Below are positions 9,391 through 18,130 of a stretch of DNA of 18,255 nucleotides, piece by piece. This stretch comes from an uncultured Chloroflexia bacterium. GTDB lineage: Bacteria > Chloroflexota > Dehalococcoidia > UBA2979. Made by a program: the position numbers and the translations under genes. The notes beneath the pieces are model-generated. The model did not search any database. It was not told where the DNA came from and saw only the letters and a list, made by a program, of their open reading frames with translations. Each line of letters begins with the position of its first letter. Position 1 is the first letter of the stretch. The stretch spans positions 1-18,255 of the forward strand of contig CAVSIV010000005.1 in assembly GCA_963728205.1 (NCBI GenBank). Direction: 5' to 3'.

Positions 9391-10040
9391 GGCGCACCTC
9401 CTCCCGGCTCGTCGCAGACCCGGATGGCCGGGCGCTCCCGGCGATCACGTCGCGCCAGAGCACGAGCAGCTCGTCGCCCGCAAGACGACGGGCGTGCAGC
9501 CCGAGTGCGGCGAGCGCCTGGGTGAGCTCCTCGCAGCGCAGCGCCAGCGTGCGGGCGGCCATCTCGTCGGAGGCTCGACGTGCGCGCGCGTGGCTCCTCA
9601 GCAGGGCGCGCACTCCCGGTTGCGCGCTCGGCGCCGGGACGTCCGCCGTGACGACGACGAAGAACCGCCGCTCGAGCGGGGTGCGCTCGCGCGCGAGACG
9701 CCGCACGAACGAGGCGTGGTCGCGCGCGAGGCGCATCGCCGGCCTCGCCCAGGCGCGCGTCCCGCGCACCCTCGAGCCCCGCGAGGTAGCGCTCGACGTC
9801 GGTCGGCGCGACCCGCACGAGGACCTGGATCGGGTAGGTCAGGCCGTTGAGGAGGCGGCGGTAGCCGGCGAGGATCGCCTCCTGCTCGACCTCGGAGCGC
9901 AGCGCGAAGTTGATCGCGCCCGTCTCCAGGACGGCGCGGCAGGATCCGTCGCGCAGCCGCACGACGTCGCCGGCGATCTCGTCGAGCGGGAGCAGCGCCT
10001 GCACGCTGCCGAGCCGCCGTCGCTCACGCTTCGAGCGCAT
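9380..10040 (-). CDS. TraC-like / VirB4-associated conjugal transfer protein (frameshift near 9745)
   Basis: SVQALLPLDEIAGDVVRLRDGSCRAVLETGAINFALRSEVEQEAILAGYRRLLNGLTYPIQVLVR...LERRFFVVV...ALGLHARRL..ELLVLW, the pattern of the protein usually found between PrgI and VirB4 in such systems. RBS AAGGAGAGG. Confidence 0.78.
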
Positions 10041-10411
10041 CAGCCTCTCCTTCCGAGCACCGCGGTGCCGCGCGTCGCGGGCAGCACGACCTCGTGACGC
10101 GGGCGCCCGTCGCTGCGACAGATCGAGCGGGCGCCACACGCTCACGCGTGGCGCCGCGGCGTACCGCAGCAGCACAAATGCCCACACCTCGGCCGGCCGC
10201 CCGGCGGGCCGCAGCAGCGCCAGCAGCACGCCGGCGATGAGCACGCCGGCGGCCACGACGAGCCGCAGCGCGAAGGGACCGGGGACGCTCGCTGACGGCG
10301 CCGTAGGCGAGCGCGAGGCTCGCGGCGAGCGTGAGCAGCTGGCCGACCGTGAGGCCGTAGAAGGCGCGGTCCGCCACGTCGAGGTGGGTCGGGATCTCGT
10401 GGCGGCCGCAT
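10040..10411 (-). CDS. prgI: PrgI-family (VirB3-like) membrane protein (frameshifted)
   Basis: HEIPTHLDVADRAFYGLTVGQLLTLA, a second hydrophobic stretch AGVLIAGVLLALLRPAGRPAEVWAFVLLRY..APRVSVWR, and a TGATG overlap with the next gene. Confidence 0.85.
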
Positions 10412-10413
10412 CG

Positions 10414-10649
10414 CTAGGTCCCCATCGCGTTCTGGACGAGCCCCGCGATCACGCGGGCGAGCAGCACGATCGCGAACCCGATCAGGGCGTTGACGATCGC
10501 GCTCTTGCCCGCCTCCAGTCTGGCGCGGCGATCCCGCCGAGGCCATGTAGAGGAAGGCTCCCCACATCACGAAGAAGGCCGACACCGCCGCGCCCACCCC
10601 GATCCCGATCTGGAGCAGGTTGGCGAAGAGCGTGTTGATCTGTGTCCAC
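10414..10649 (-). CDS. T4SS pilin (TrbC/VirB2-like, two transmembrane helices; frameshifted)
   Basis: QINTLFANLLQIGIGVGAAVSAFFVMWGAFLYMASAGSPRQ.EAGKSAIVNALIGFAIVLLARVIAGLVQNAMGT*. About 78 codons. RBS GGAGGA before the GTG at 10649. Confidence 0.85.
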
Positions 10650-10663
10650 CGAGTCCTCCGCTG

Positions 10664-11179
10664 CTACTGCCCGGCCACGAGGCCGGGTGATCCCGGTCGA
10701 TGAGCTCGAAGCCGGTCACGAGCCAGCGCCCGTGCAGGCGCTCGAGCACCAGCCGCAACTGCTGTCGGATGTCCTGCTCGTGCCATGCGCCGGACGCGAG
10801 CCAGCGGCGGTGCTGCGTCGCGACGGCGACCGCCGTCGCGACGTCGGCACGGTGCGAGTCGAGCGAGAACGCTTCGATGTCCGTTCGAATGGACCGCTGC
10901 TCGTCGAGCGGCTCCGGCGTCGAGTCGCGCGTCGGCGATCGCGCGACTGCAGCTCTCCGCCGGCGAGGCCGCGGCCAGCGCGGTGGAGGTAGTCGTCGGC
11001 GTTTGCCGCGTCGAAGGTGCCGGCCGCGACCACGAAGTCGCGCGCGGCCGCGGCCGCAGAGTCGTCGGAGGAGGCGTGGAGCCCGGCCGCGCCGCGCGCC
11101 ACGCCGACCACCCCGACGCGAGGGCGGCGAGCGCGGCGAGCGCGCAGGAGGCCGGCGCCCGCCGGCGCGTGCCGATCAC
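10664..11179 (-). CDS. Membrane-anchored NTF2-like protein, probable VirB8/TcpC functional equivalent (frameshifted)
   Basis: N-terminal hydrophobic ALAALAALASGWSAW, then AARDFVVAAGTFDAANADDYL, ATAVAVATQHRR and LRLVLERLHGRWLVTGFELI (an NTF2-type terminal beta-hairpin). Sits inside the tra operon. The fold and role are inferred. Confidence 0.6.
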   Translation of the reverse strand: MIGTRRRAPASCALAALAALASGWSAWRAARPGSTPPPTTLRPRPRATSWSRPAPSTRQTPTTTSTALAAASPAESCSRAIADARLDAGAARRAAVHSNGHRSVLARLAPCRRRDGGRRRDAAPPLARVRRMARAGHPTAVAAGARAPARALARDRLRAHRPGSPGLVAGQ

Positions 11180-11735
11180 GACGCCACCGCCTCGGATGCC
11201 GACCGGCGTCCCGGCGGGCCCGAGCGTCGCGTAGGCCGCGGCGCGCGCGAGCACGATCGCGACGTAGGACCACGAGTGGTTGTAGGCGTAGACCGCGCGG
11301 GCGACGTCGGTAGCCGCGCCGGCCGCGGCGAGGTACCGCGCCATCGCTGGGATCGCGTCGTGGAAGTCGTAGGGGTCGCCGGCGCCGTAGGCCGCCCAGG
11401 TCTCCGGCAGGAACTGCCCGTAGCCGACGGCGCCGGCGCTCGACGTCGCCATGTTGCGGCCGAAGTCGCTCTCGACCGACGCGACCGCCGCGAGGAGCGA
11501 CCAGGGGACGCCGCTCGCCTGCCCCGCGGCGATCATCACCGGGCGCTGGTCACTCGGAATCGCGCGCAGTTGCGAGCCGCCCCCGCGCGGAGCCGCGCAG
11601 AAGCGTCGCGGCGAGCGCGGTCGCGGCCGCGCACGACGACGAGTGCCGGCAGCACGAGGAGCGCGACGATCGCCCCGACGAGCCGCAGGCCCTCGCGCTG
11701 GATGAGCAGCGTGGCGGCAGTGCGGGGGCGCTCAT
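11176..11735 (-). CDS. Membrane-anchored lytic transglycosylase (SLT/VirB1-like; frameshifted)
   Basis: TM LVGAIVALLVLPALVVV; GVPWSLLAAVASVESDFG (catalytic Glu), SSAGAVGYGQFLPETW, ARYL, AVYAYNHSWSYV. ATGA overlap at 11732-11735 and GTGA overlap at 11176-11179. Confidence 0.9.
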
Positions 11736-12386
11736 GGCGTCGCGCTCCCCGCGCCGCCGCAACGGCCCGCCGCCGCGCCGCCGCCCAGCGCGCCCACCGC
11801 ACGCCCGACGACGACCAGCGACACGACCGTGGCGAGCCCGGCGTGATGCGGTCCGCCGTGCAGCACCGCCGGGATCTTGAGGGTGAGCCAGCAGACCGCG
11901 ATCCCGAGGAAGAGCGTGAGCAGTCGTCGGCACCTGCCGAGTGCGGTGCAGCTCTACCATGAGCAGCGTGCCGAGGCGCAGCGCGAGCATCTGCACGGCC
12001 TGCTGGAAGACGGTGATCGGGAAGAGGTGCGCCCACCAGCGCGTCCAGCCCTGCGTCTGCGGGATCGCCCAGAGCACCGCGACGACAGGGGCGCGAGCGC
12101 GATCAGGACGTCGACGAGCGCAAGGCGCATCAGCATCTGGAACGCGAGCAGCAGCGCCACGACGGCGTACGCGACCCCGACCAGCACGTGCGCGATCCCG
12201 TTCGCGGGCGCACCCGCCTGGGCGTAACCGGGTAGCGTCGACGCCCCGATCGCGCCGGTAAGGGCGTTGTTGAGCGTCGATGAGCACGCGCGCGAACTCG
12301 AGCGTGAGGTTGGCGGCGAGCGCCGCGATCGCGATGCGCGGCAGCAGCTCCATCGCGCCGTCGTAGGGACTGCGCGTGTGCTGCTC
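11732..12386 (-). CDS. VirB6/TrbL-like polytopic conjugation membrane protein, 5' part missing
   Basis: EQHTRSPYDGAMELLPRIAIAALAANLTLEFARVLID.NNALT...LLLAFQMLMRLALVDVLIALAP.VAVLWAIPQTQGWTRWWAHLFPITVFQQAVQMLALRLG...LFLGIAVCWLTLKIP. Several TM helices. It begins abruptly at the junction with the hydratase gene. Confidence 0.78.
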
Positions 12387-13069
12387 ACCCGCTCCGCGTA
12401 GCGGTACGACTCGTCGATCTGGAGATGGCGCCATTGATGCGTGACGGCCTTCGTGCCTTCCACGGAGAGCGGCGCATTGTCGGCGATCATCTCCGCGATC
12501 TCCACCGCCCGCGGCATGAGCTGCTTCGGCTCAAGCACCTCGTGCACCAGACCGCAGCGCAGCGCCTGTTCCGGCGAGACGCGATCGCCGGTGAGCAGGA
12601 TGTACATCGCCTCGCCGAACGGGATCACGCGCGCGAGGTGGTGGACCGCGTAGCCGGCGAGGATGCCGCGCTTCACCTCGAACAGGCCGAAGTATGCCTC
12701 GCTTGAGCAGATGCGGATATCGCAATCCAGCGCCCGCTCGAGGCCGCCGGCGAGGCACAGCCCGTTGATCGCCGCGATGAACGGTTTGGGGTTCCGCGAG
12801 AACTGGAGCGTCGTCCCGCCGATCGTGCGCGTCGTCCGCTGGCTACCGCGTGCGTTCCGCGCCGCCATCTCCTTGAGGTCTGCCCCGGCGCTGAAGGCGC
12901 GACCCTCGCCCGTCACGATGCCCGCGCGCATGGCGGGATCCGCGGTGAAGTCCGCGAGCGCCGCGGTCAGTTCCTGCTGCATCGTCCCGCCGAGCGCGTT
13001 CAGGCGCTCGGGACGGTTCATGCGGAATACCGCGTAGCGCTCGCGCTTCTCGTAGACCAGGTCACTCAC
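12387..13069 (-). CDS. Enoyl-CoA hydratase/isomerase (crotonase family), 3' end missing
   Basis: MNRPERLNAL, GRAFSAGADLKE, KPFIAAINGLCLAGGLE..LDCDIRI, FGLFEVKRGI, IADNAPLSV. Both catalytic Glu positions are present. Similarity stops at YRYAERV, without the usual SED..EG..AF.EKR tail. RBS AAAGGAG. Confidence 0.93.
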
Positions 13070-13164
13070 GGTTCGCCCGCTCCTTTCGTCCGCGGGTACT
13101 TGCGCTTCGCGGGCCCACGCCCTGATCCGCTATCTCCATGGCTGCCGCTGGAACGGCATCGCAG

Positions 13165-14365
13165 CTACCCGAATATCCGCGACATTGCGAGCGTGGCGAT
13201 CTCCTCGCTGTCGAAGCCGTGCTCGAGCAGCACCTCGTGTGTGTGTCCTCCGAGATCTGGTGCGGGCCGGCGCGGGCCGACCTCCGAACCCGGCATGCGG
13301 AACGGCACGGCAAGCGTCGAGAACCGTGAACCGTCCGGACGCTCGAGCTCAGCGAAGCGCTCCGCCGCCTCCGCCTGAGGATCGTCGAGCACCTCTGGGA
13401 GCTCGACGATGGGCTCCCAAATCAACCCGGCTCCATCGAAACGGGTCGCCCAGTCTGCACGCGGACACGTCGCCAGCTCGGCATCGATCGCCGCGGTGAG
13501 CGCCTCGGTGTGCTCACGGCGGGCGGCCAGCGAGGCGTAGCAGGGGTCGTGCTCCCATTCCTGGTGCCCGACCCCCCGGCAGAACCCGGGCCAGTACCGA
13601 TCCGACTGCGGCATCACGAGCGCCAGCCAGCGGCCGTCACCGCAGCGGTAGGTGTTGGCGAGCGGGTTGGCCGGCCTTCGGCGGTCCCGAAACTCCGGCT
13701 GGCGCCGCGTGAAGAGCGTTCGCGAATAGTCGCTGCCGATGGTCCACATGCCCGCGGCGAACAGGCTGGCGTCGACGACGCCCCCACGCCCGGTGCGATC
13801 GCGCTCGTGGAGCGCAGCGAGCACCGCGCTGAGGAGCGCGAGTCCCGCCGTGTGATCGCCCTCCCCTCCCCGGAACATGCCGGGCGGGCAGTCGGGTTGG
13901 CCCACGATGCCCATGATCCCCGTGCGTGCCCAGAACGCCGCGTTGTCGAAGCCGGCGCGCTCGCGATCGGGGCCCTCGAGGCCATAGGCCGTCATTGACG
14001 CATGCACCGTCGCCGGCGCCTCGGCGTGGACGGCCGCAGCCGTCAACTCGTAGCGTTCCTGCCGGGCGGCCGTGAGATTGGTAATGAAGACGTCGACGCC
14101 CCGGCAAAGGCGCCGGACGAGCGCGGGGCCTTCCCACTGCTCGAGGTCGACGATCACCGAGCGCTTCCCACGATTATCGAGTTCGAACACCGAGCCTCCA
14201 CCGACCGCCCGGCGCCGGCCCTCCCGACGCGCGCCAGGCGTCCCCGGCCGGCGGCTCGAGCTTTACGACATCAGCGCCGAGGTCGGCCATGATCGCGCCG
14301 GCGCTGGGGGCGGCGACCCAGGTCGCCAGCTCCAGCACGCGGACGTCCTCGAGTGGTCCGGGCAT
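13165..14365 (-). CDS. Family III CoA-transferase (CaiB/BaiF), frameshift near 14190-14230
   Basis: MPGPLEDVRVLELATWVAAPSAGAIMADLGADVVKLEPPAGD, FELDNRGKRS, DVFITN, AYG..GPDRERAGFD (catalytic Asp present), RDRTGRGGVVDASL, APDLGGHTHEVL. Confidence 0.95.
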
Positions 14366-14397
14366 GTGCTTCCTCGCTTCTCGCGCTCCGCGCGCGC

Positions 14398-15574
14398 TCA
14401 ATCGCCCGACGGCGGGCGGTCGGCCAGCATTCGCGCGAACGCGATGCTTCCGCTCGCGAACGCCGCAACCTGGGGGACGTCGACGCTCGACGGGTACCGA
14501 ATCCTCCCGCATGTGGAACAGCGCGTTGTCGTTCGTCAGCGCGGCGTATCGGCGGCCACCGCGTCGATGCACGATCGCCATCTCGCCGCCGCCGCCACTG
14601 CTCTCGCGAGCATCGCGCACTACCAGCCGCGTCTCGCGCGTTCCTGCGCCCTGGAGGGCGCGCTGGAACGCCTCCCCGAGCCGCACGTCCGAGGCCGCGA
14701 TGTTCCCCTGCGTCGCCGCCGCCGCGCCGATGTTCGCCCCGAAGTGCAGCCACGTGGCGTCGGTCGCGAGCGTGGGGCGGGCGGCGAGCAGGACCTCGAG
14801 GCCGTAGAACCCGAGCTCGTGGCCCGTGTTCGCCGCGAAGATCACGGTGGACGCCGGCCGATGCGCGATGAACGCGCGCATCACCTCGAGCCAGCAGGCG
14901 ATCCCGCCGCCGCGCTCGGAAGCCACCTCCCACCAGCCGCTGCGGGGCGTGTTCACGGCGAGCGTGCGTGCCGGGTCGGTGCCGGGGAGGGTCGCGAGGA
15001 CGTTGAAGGTGTCCGACGACACGCGCTCCGCGTGGATCACCGCGCGCACGGTCGCTCCGCGTCGGGCGGCCTCGCGCAGCCGCGGACCGTGCTCGCTCTC
15101 AACCTGCATGACCGGCGGGCCGAAGGGCGCGGTGAAGTGAGGCGCGTTGAGCAGGGCCAGGCCCGGGGTGCGCCCCTCGGTGACGACGACGAGCGCCCGC
15201 TCGGGCCCCGTCCGGCGCGCCTCCAGCAGCGCCGTCGGCTCGCCGTTCGGCGGGCTCGCCGCCAGGCCGATCACGCCGCCGTGGCCGGCCTCGCGCAGGT
15301 CCCCCACGATGCCGTCGCGTCCCGTGTACGAGCAGTCGAACAGCGGCACTCCGTCGATGCGCTCGCCGTCGACCTCCATCCAGCACGCGCGCGGCTCCAC
15401 GCGGTCGAGGTGGACCGGGACGAGTTCCGGCTCGAGGCCGAGCCCGCGGACCTCCTCCGCGAGCCACTCCCCCGACCGCCGATCGACGTCGGTGCCGGTG
15501 CGATGGTGGCCCTGCGCGTCATACTCCTCGATCAGCTTCGAGATGCGCCGAGTGAGCGCAACCGTGCTCGCCAT
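14398..15574 (-). CDS. Divergent M28 peptidase-fold (Zn-exopeptidase-like) protein, frameshift near 14500
   Basis: HRTGT..D..SGEWL, NVLATLPG, VNTPRSGWW..ASERGGGIACWLE, FAANTGHELG..G, WLHFGANIG, LFHMRED-RYPSSVDV...ADRPPSGD-TGA (14398). RBS GGGGAGGG before the ATG at 15574. Confidence 0.7.
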
Positions 15575-15638
15575 GAACCACCGTCCCTCCCCGCAGACCC
15601 CGTGTCGGTCGACACCGTCGCCGGAGCCCTGCAGAGTG

Positions 15639-16795
15639 CTAGGCGACTCCGCTCTCGCCGACAACCCTATCGCGGAGGAGCGCGTCAACCTCGGCCGGCT
15701 CCAGTCCGAGCAATGCTTCGAGGACCTCCCGCGTCTGACCACCGGCAAGAGGTGCAGGGCCGGCGGGCATCGCCGGTGAGCGCGAAAAGCGCATCGGCGG
15801 CCGAAGCAGCGGAACTTGCTTTTCCAGCGGGTCGCTCTCCCACACAACGGTCTCGCGCTCTTCGAAGAACGGGTGGCCGAGCGCCTCCTGCAGGGTCTTC
15901 ACCAGTCCATAGGGAGCCCCGCTCCGCTCGAGACCGTCGACGACCTCTTGCGCCGTGCGCTGCGCGACGAGCCTGCCGATGAATCGTTCGCCTCCGTCCC
16001 GGATGGCGCAACGGCAAAATCGGGCCCACTTAGACCTTCCATCAGCCGCGACCAGTTTCGTGGGCTGCCGAGGTTGATCGTGAAGTGCCGTCCGTCCTTC
16101 CAGCGATGGATCGGGTGCCGGAACGGCTCCCAGTGGTCATCGTCCGCGCCTGCAGCACCCTGGGCCGCCGCCTCGCCGAGGAACGCCAACTGACTTTCCA
16201 TGAGCGTTATGTCGATCTGCTGCCCGCGTCCGGTGTGCTCCCGGTCGTACAGCACCGCCAGGATTGCCGCGAAGGCGTTCATCCCCGTCGCGACGTCCGC
16301 GATCTGCAGCCCCGGCGCCAGCGGCTCGGCCTCGCCGTGAGCGCGCTGCAGGATCCAGAGCAAGCCGGCTTCCGCGTGGGCCGTCGCACCGTAGGCTCGG
16401 CGGGTGGCGTGTGAACCGCTCTGGCCGAACCCGGAGATCGATGCGTAATCAGCCGCTCGTTGGCGGCAGCGAGCGTCGCGTAATCGAGCCCAACCGCGCA
16501 GGACGCCCGGTGCAAAGTTCTCGACGACGACGTCCGAGGCGGCGGCAAGCCGTCCGGCGAGCGCGGCGCCTCGTGGCGACTTCAGGTCCATGGCGATCGA
16601 GCGTTTCCCCGCGTTGTTCGTCGCCCCGCCGTTGCTGCGCACGGGTGCGCTCCCGGCAGGTATGCGATCGATCTTCACCACGTCGGCGCCGAGGTCGGCG
16701 AGCAGACGCGTGCAGTAGGGCCCAGCGATCACCTGCGTGAAGTCCAGGACGCGGATGCCGTCGAGAATGCGACGGCTCATGTAACCCGGGGTCAT
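15639..16795 (-). CDS. Second family III CoA-transferase (CaiB/BaiF), atypical active site (frameshifted)
   Basis: LDGIRVLDFTQVIAGPYCTRLLADLGADVVKID, NAGKRSIAMDLK, DVVVENFAPGV, GLDY..L, YASISGFGQSG, REHTGRGQQIDITL, APLAGGQTREVL. The ATG overlaps the upstream stop (16792-16795). Confidence 0.93.
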
Positions 16796-17841
16796 CGCGG
16801 AGCCGCCGTGGCAAGGCGATCCCAGAGCTCGTGGTCGAACTGCGATCCTGCCGGCGATTGGGCACCGGCCGGCGCGCCGAGGCGCGCTACGACGAGACCA
16901 AGGCTCGGCACGACGTACAGCTTGCAATCGCCCGTCCCCAGCGCGGCGATGAGGTCGTTCGGGGCCGTCGGGATCAGCGGACCGCGCTCGACGTCGCCCG
17001 TCGGCCGGAGCACGCGATCGCGACCGTTGAGCCACCACAGCAGGCCGTACGCCGGGTTGTGCGGTTGCGACGTCTGCAAAGACTCCGAGAGACCAGCCGA
17101 GGACACGATGCGCGTCCCGTCCCACACGCCGTCGGCGAGGACCAGCAGTCCGAGACGCGCCAGGTCGAGCGGCGACGTGGCGAGGCCGAGCATGGGACTT
17201 CCAGCGACCTGCGGGGCATGTGTCCGCTCGATCCAGCGCGTGTGACGCATGCCCAGCGGCGCCGTCAGCCACTGCCGCGTCAGGTCGTCCCGGTCCGTCC
17301 CGGCGGCGGCCGCAATGACCCGCACCAGCAGCTGATACGCAGGCGTGTTGTACCGCCGGCGCGCACCGACCGTGCTCAGGCGCGAGAGCATCATCAAGCG
17401 CGCTCGTCATCGAGAGCAGATGACGCACCGTGACATCACGCTCACGCTCGACGGCTGCACGCGACCACCCATTCCCCAGGTAGTCCGACGCCGGCCGCTC
17501 GAAGTCGAGGATGCCGCGCTCCGTGCGATCTGCGCGAGGAGGCCGTGAAGCTCTTCTGGACCGAGGCCACGTCCTCGATGGGGCCACCATGCGCATCGCG
17601 CCCGAGTGACCTGGGAGCGCCGGGAGGTCGCCGTCGGGCGTACCGGCCGCCGTGTCCGTCGGCGGCCGGCACGTTCGGCGATGATCCGTCCGCGCCAGAC
17701 AACGGCCACGCCGCTGCTCGTGCGCTCCTCCGCGAACCGGAGCGCCGCATCGAGCCGCGCGGCATCCCAGCCGGCTGCCGCCGGTGAGGCACGTGTCCAT
17801 TCAGTTGAGGGAAAGACGAGGGCATCCGTCGTGGCAGCCAC
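16792..17841 (-). CDS. Serine hydrolase, beta-lactamase/penicillin-binding-protein-like family (frameshifted)
   Basis: SxxK motif DVASVQKSFTA, TVRHLLSMTS, YNTPAYQLL, LTAPLGM, DLARLGLLVLADGVWDG, AYGLLWWLN, LYVVPSLGLVVARLG. RBS AAGGAAGG before the GTG at 17841. Confidence 0.9.
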
Positions 17842-17859
17842 GGGCGTTATTGCCTTCCT

Positions 17860-18130
17860 TCACAACCGCCGGCTTCGACGCCGGCGGCGGGTCCACACTG
17901 CGCGCACGCGTGCGCCGAGGCACCCCACAGTTGGCAGACATGCTGCCGGTGGAAGCACCCCTTCCATGCCCCGGCCGGTCACGTCGCGGTGTAGCCGGCG
18001 GCCGGCCCCTCGCATCGGCGGATCCGCGACGCCGCGAGGGCTCGGTGATGATGACCGCGGCGATCGAGTCGGTGGCGGCGACGAGGAGGGTCGCCACGAT
18101 GATCCGGCGGCGCGAGCACCGTCTGGCGGG
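17860..18130 (-). CDS. Possible small hypothetical membrane protein (frameshifted, start unclear)
   Basis: Hydrophobic stretch IIVATLLVAATDSIAAVII with GC-rich third codon positions, and a TGA at 17860 just ahead of the hydrolase RBS. No family recognised. Confidence 0.3.

Larger units (their letters stand above)
1..12386. mobile_element. Integrative conjugative element (partial), monoderm-type T4SS with a Replic_Relax relaxase
   Basis: Tyrosine integrase at one end, next to a co-oriented operon encoding relaxase, VirD4-like, VirB4, PrgI, pilin, SLT and VirB6-like proteins plus a TA module. The right end is cut inside the VirB6-like gene. Confidence 0.88.

Noticed and set aside
10664-11539. 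Apparent SLT with a long C-terminal extension
   Set aside because: Better explained as two genes meeting at a GTGA overlap (11176-11179) with indels; the downstream protein has its own N-terminal hydrophobic anchor.
11954-13069. 371-aa hydratase-membrane protein fusion as a novel enzyme
   Set aside because: The frame just after the junction is not the VirB6-like frame and rejoins it only through another indel. It reflects the breakpoint, not an evolved fusion.
14270-16700. Repeated GCGCCGAGGTCGGC near 14275 and 16686
   Set aside because: It encodes the shared ADLGA motif of the two paralogous CoA-transferases, not a mobile-element or CRISPR repeat.
14174-17800. Apparent fusions of M28-like protein with CoA-transferase (14174-15847) and of hydrolase with CoA-transferase (15899-17800)
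   Set aside because: Separate stops and starts can be identified (TGA 14398 and ATG 14365; ATGA 16792-16795), so the read-through comes from indels and stop-poor frames.
16792-17841. Antibiotic-resistance beta-lactamase cargo of the ICE
   Set aside because: It is a generic SxxK serine hydrolase with no evident signal peptide or KTG motif, and it lies in the catabolic cluster beyond the ICE breakpoint.
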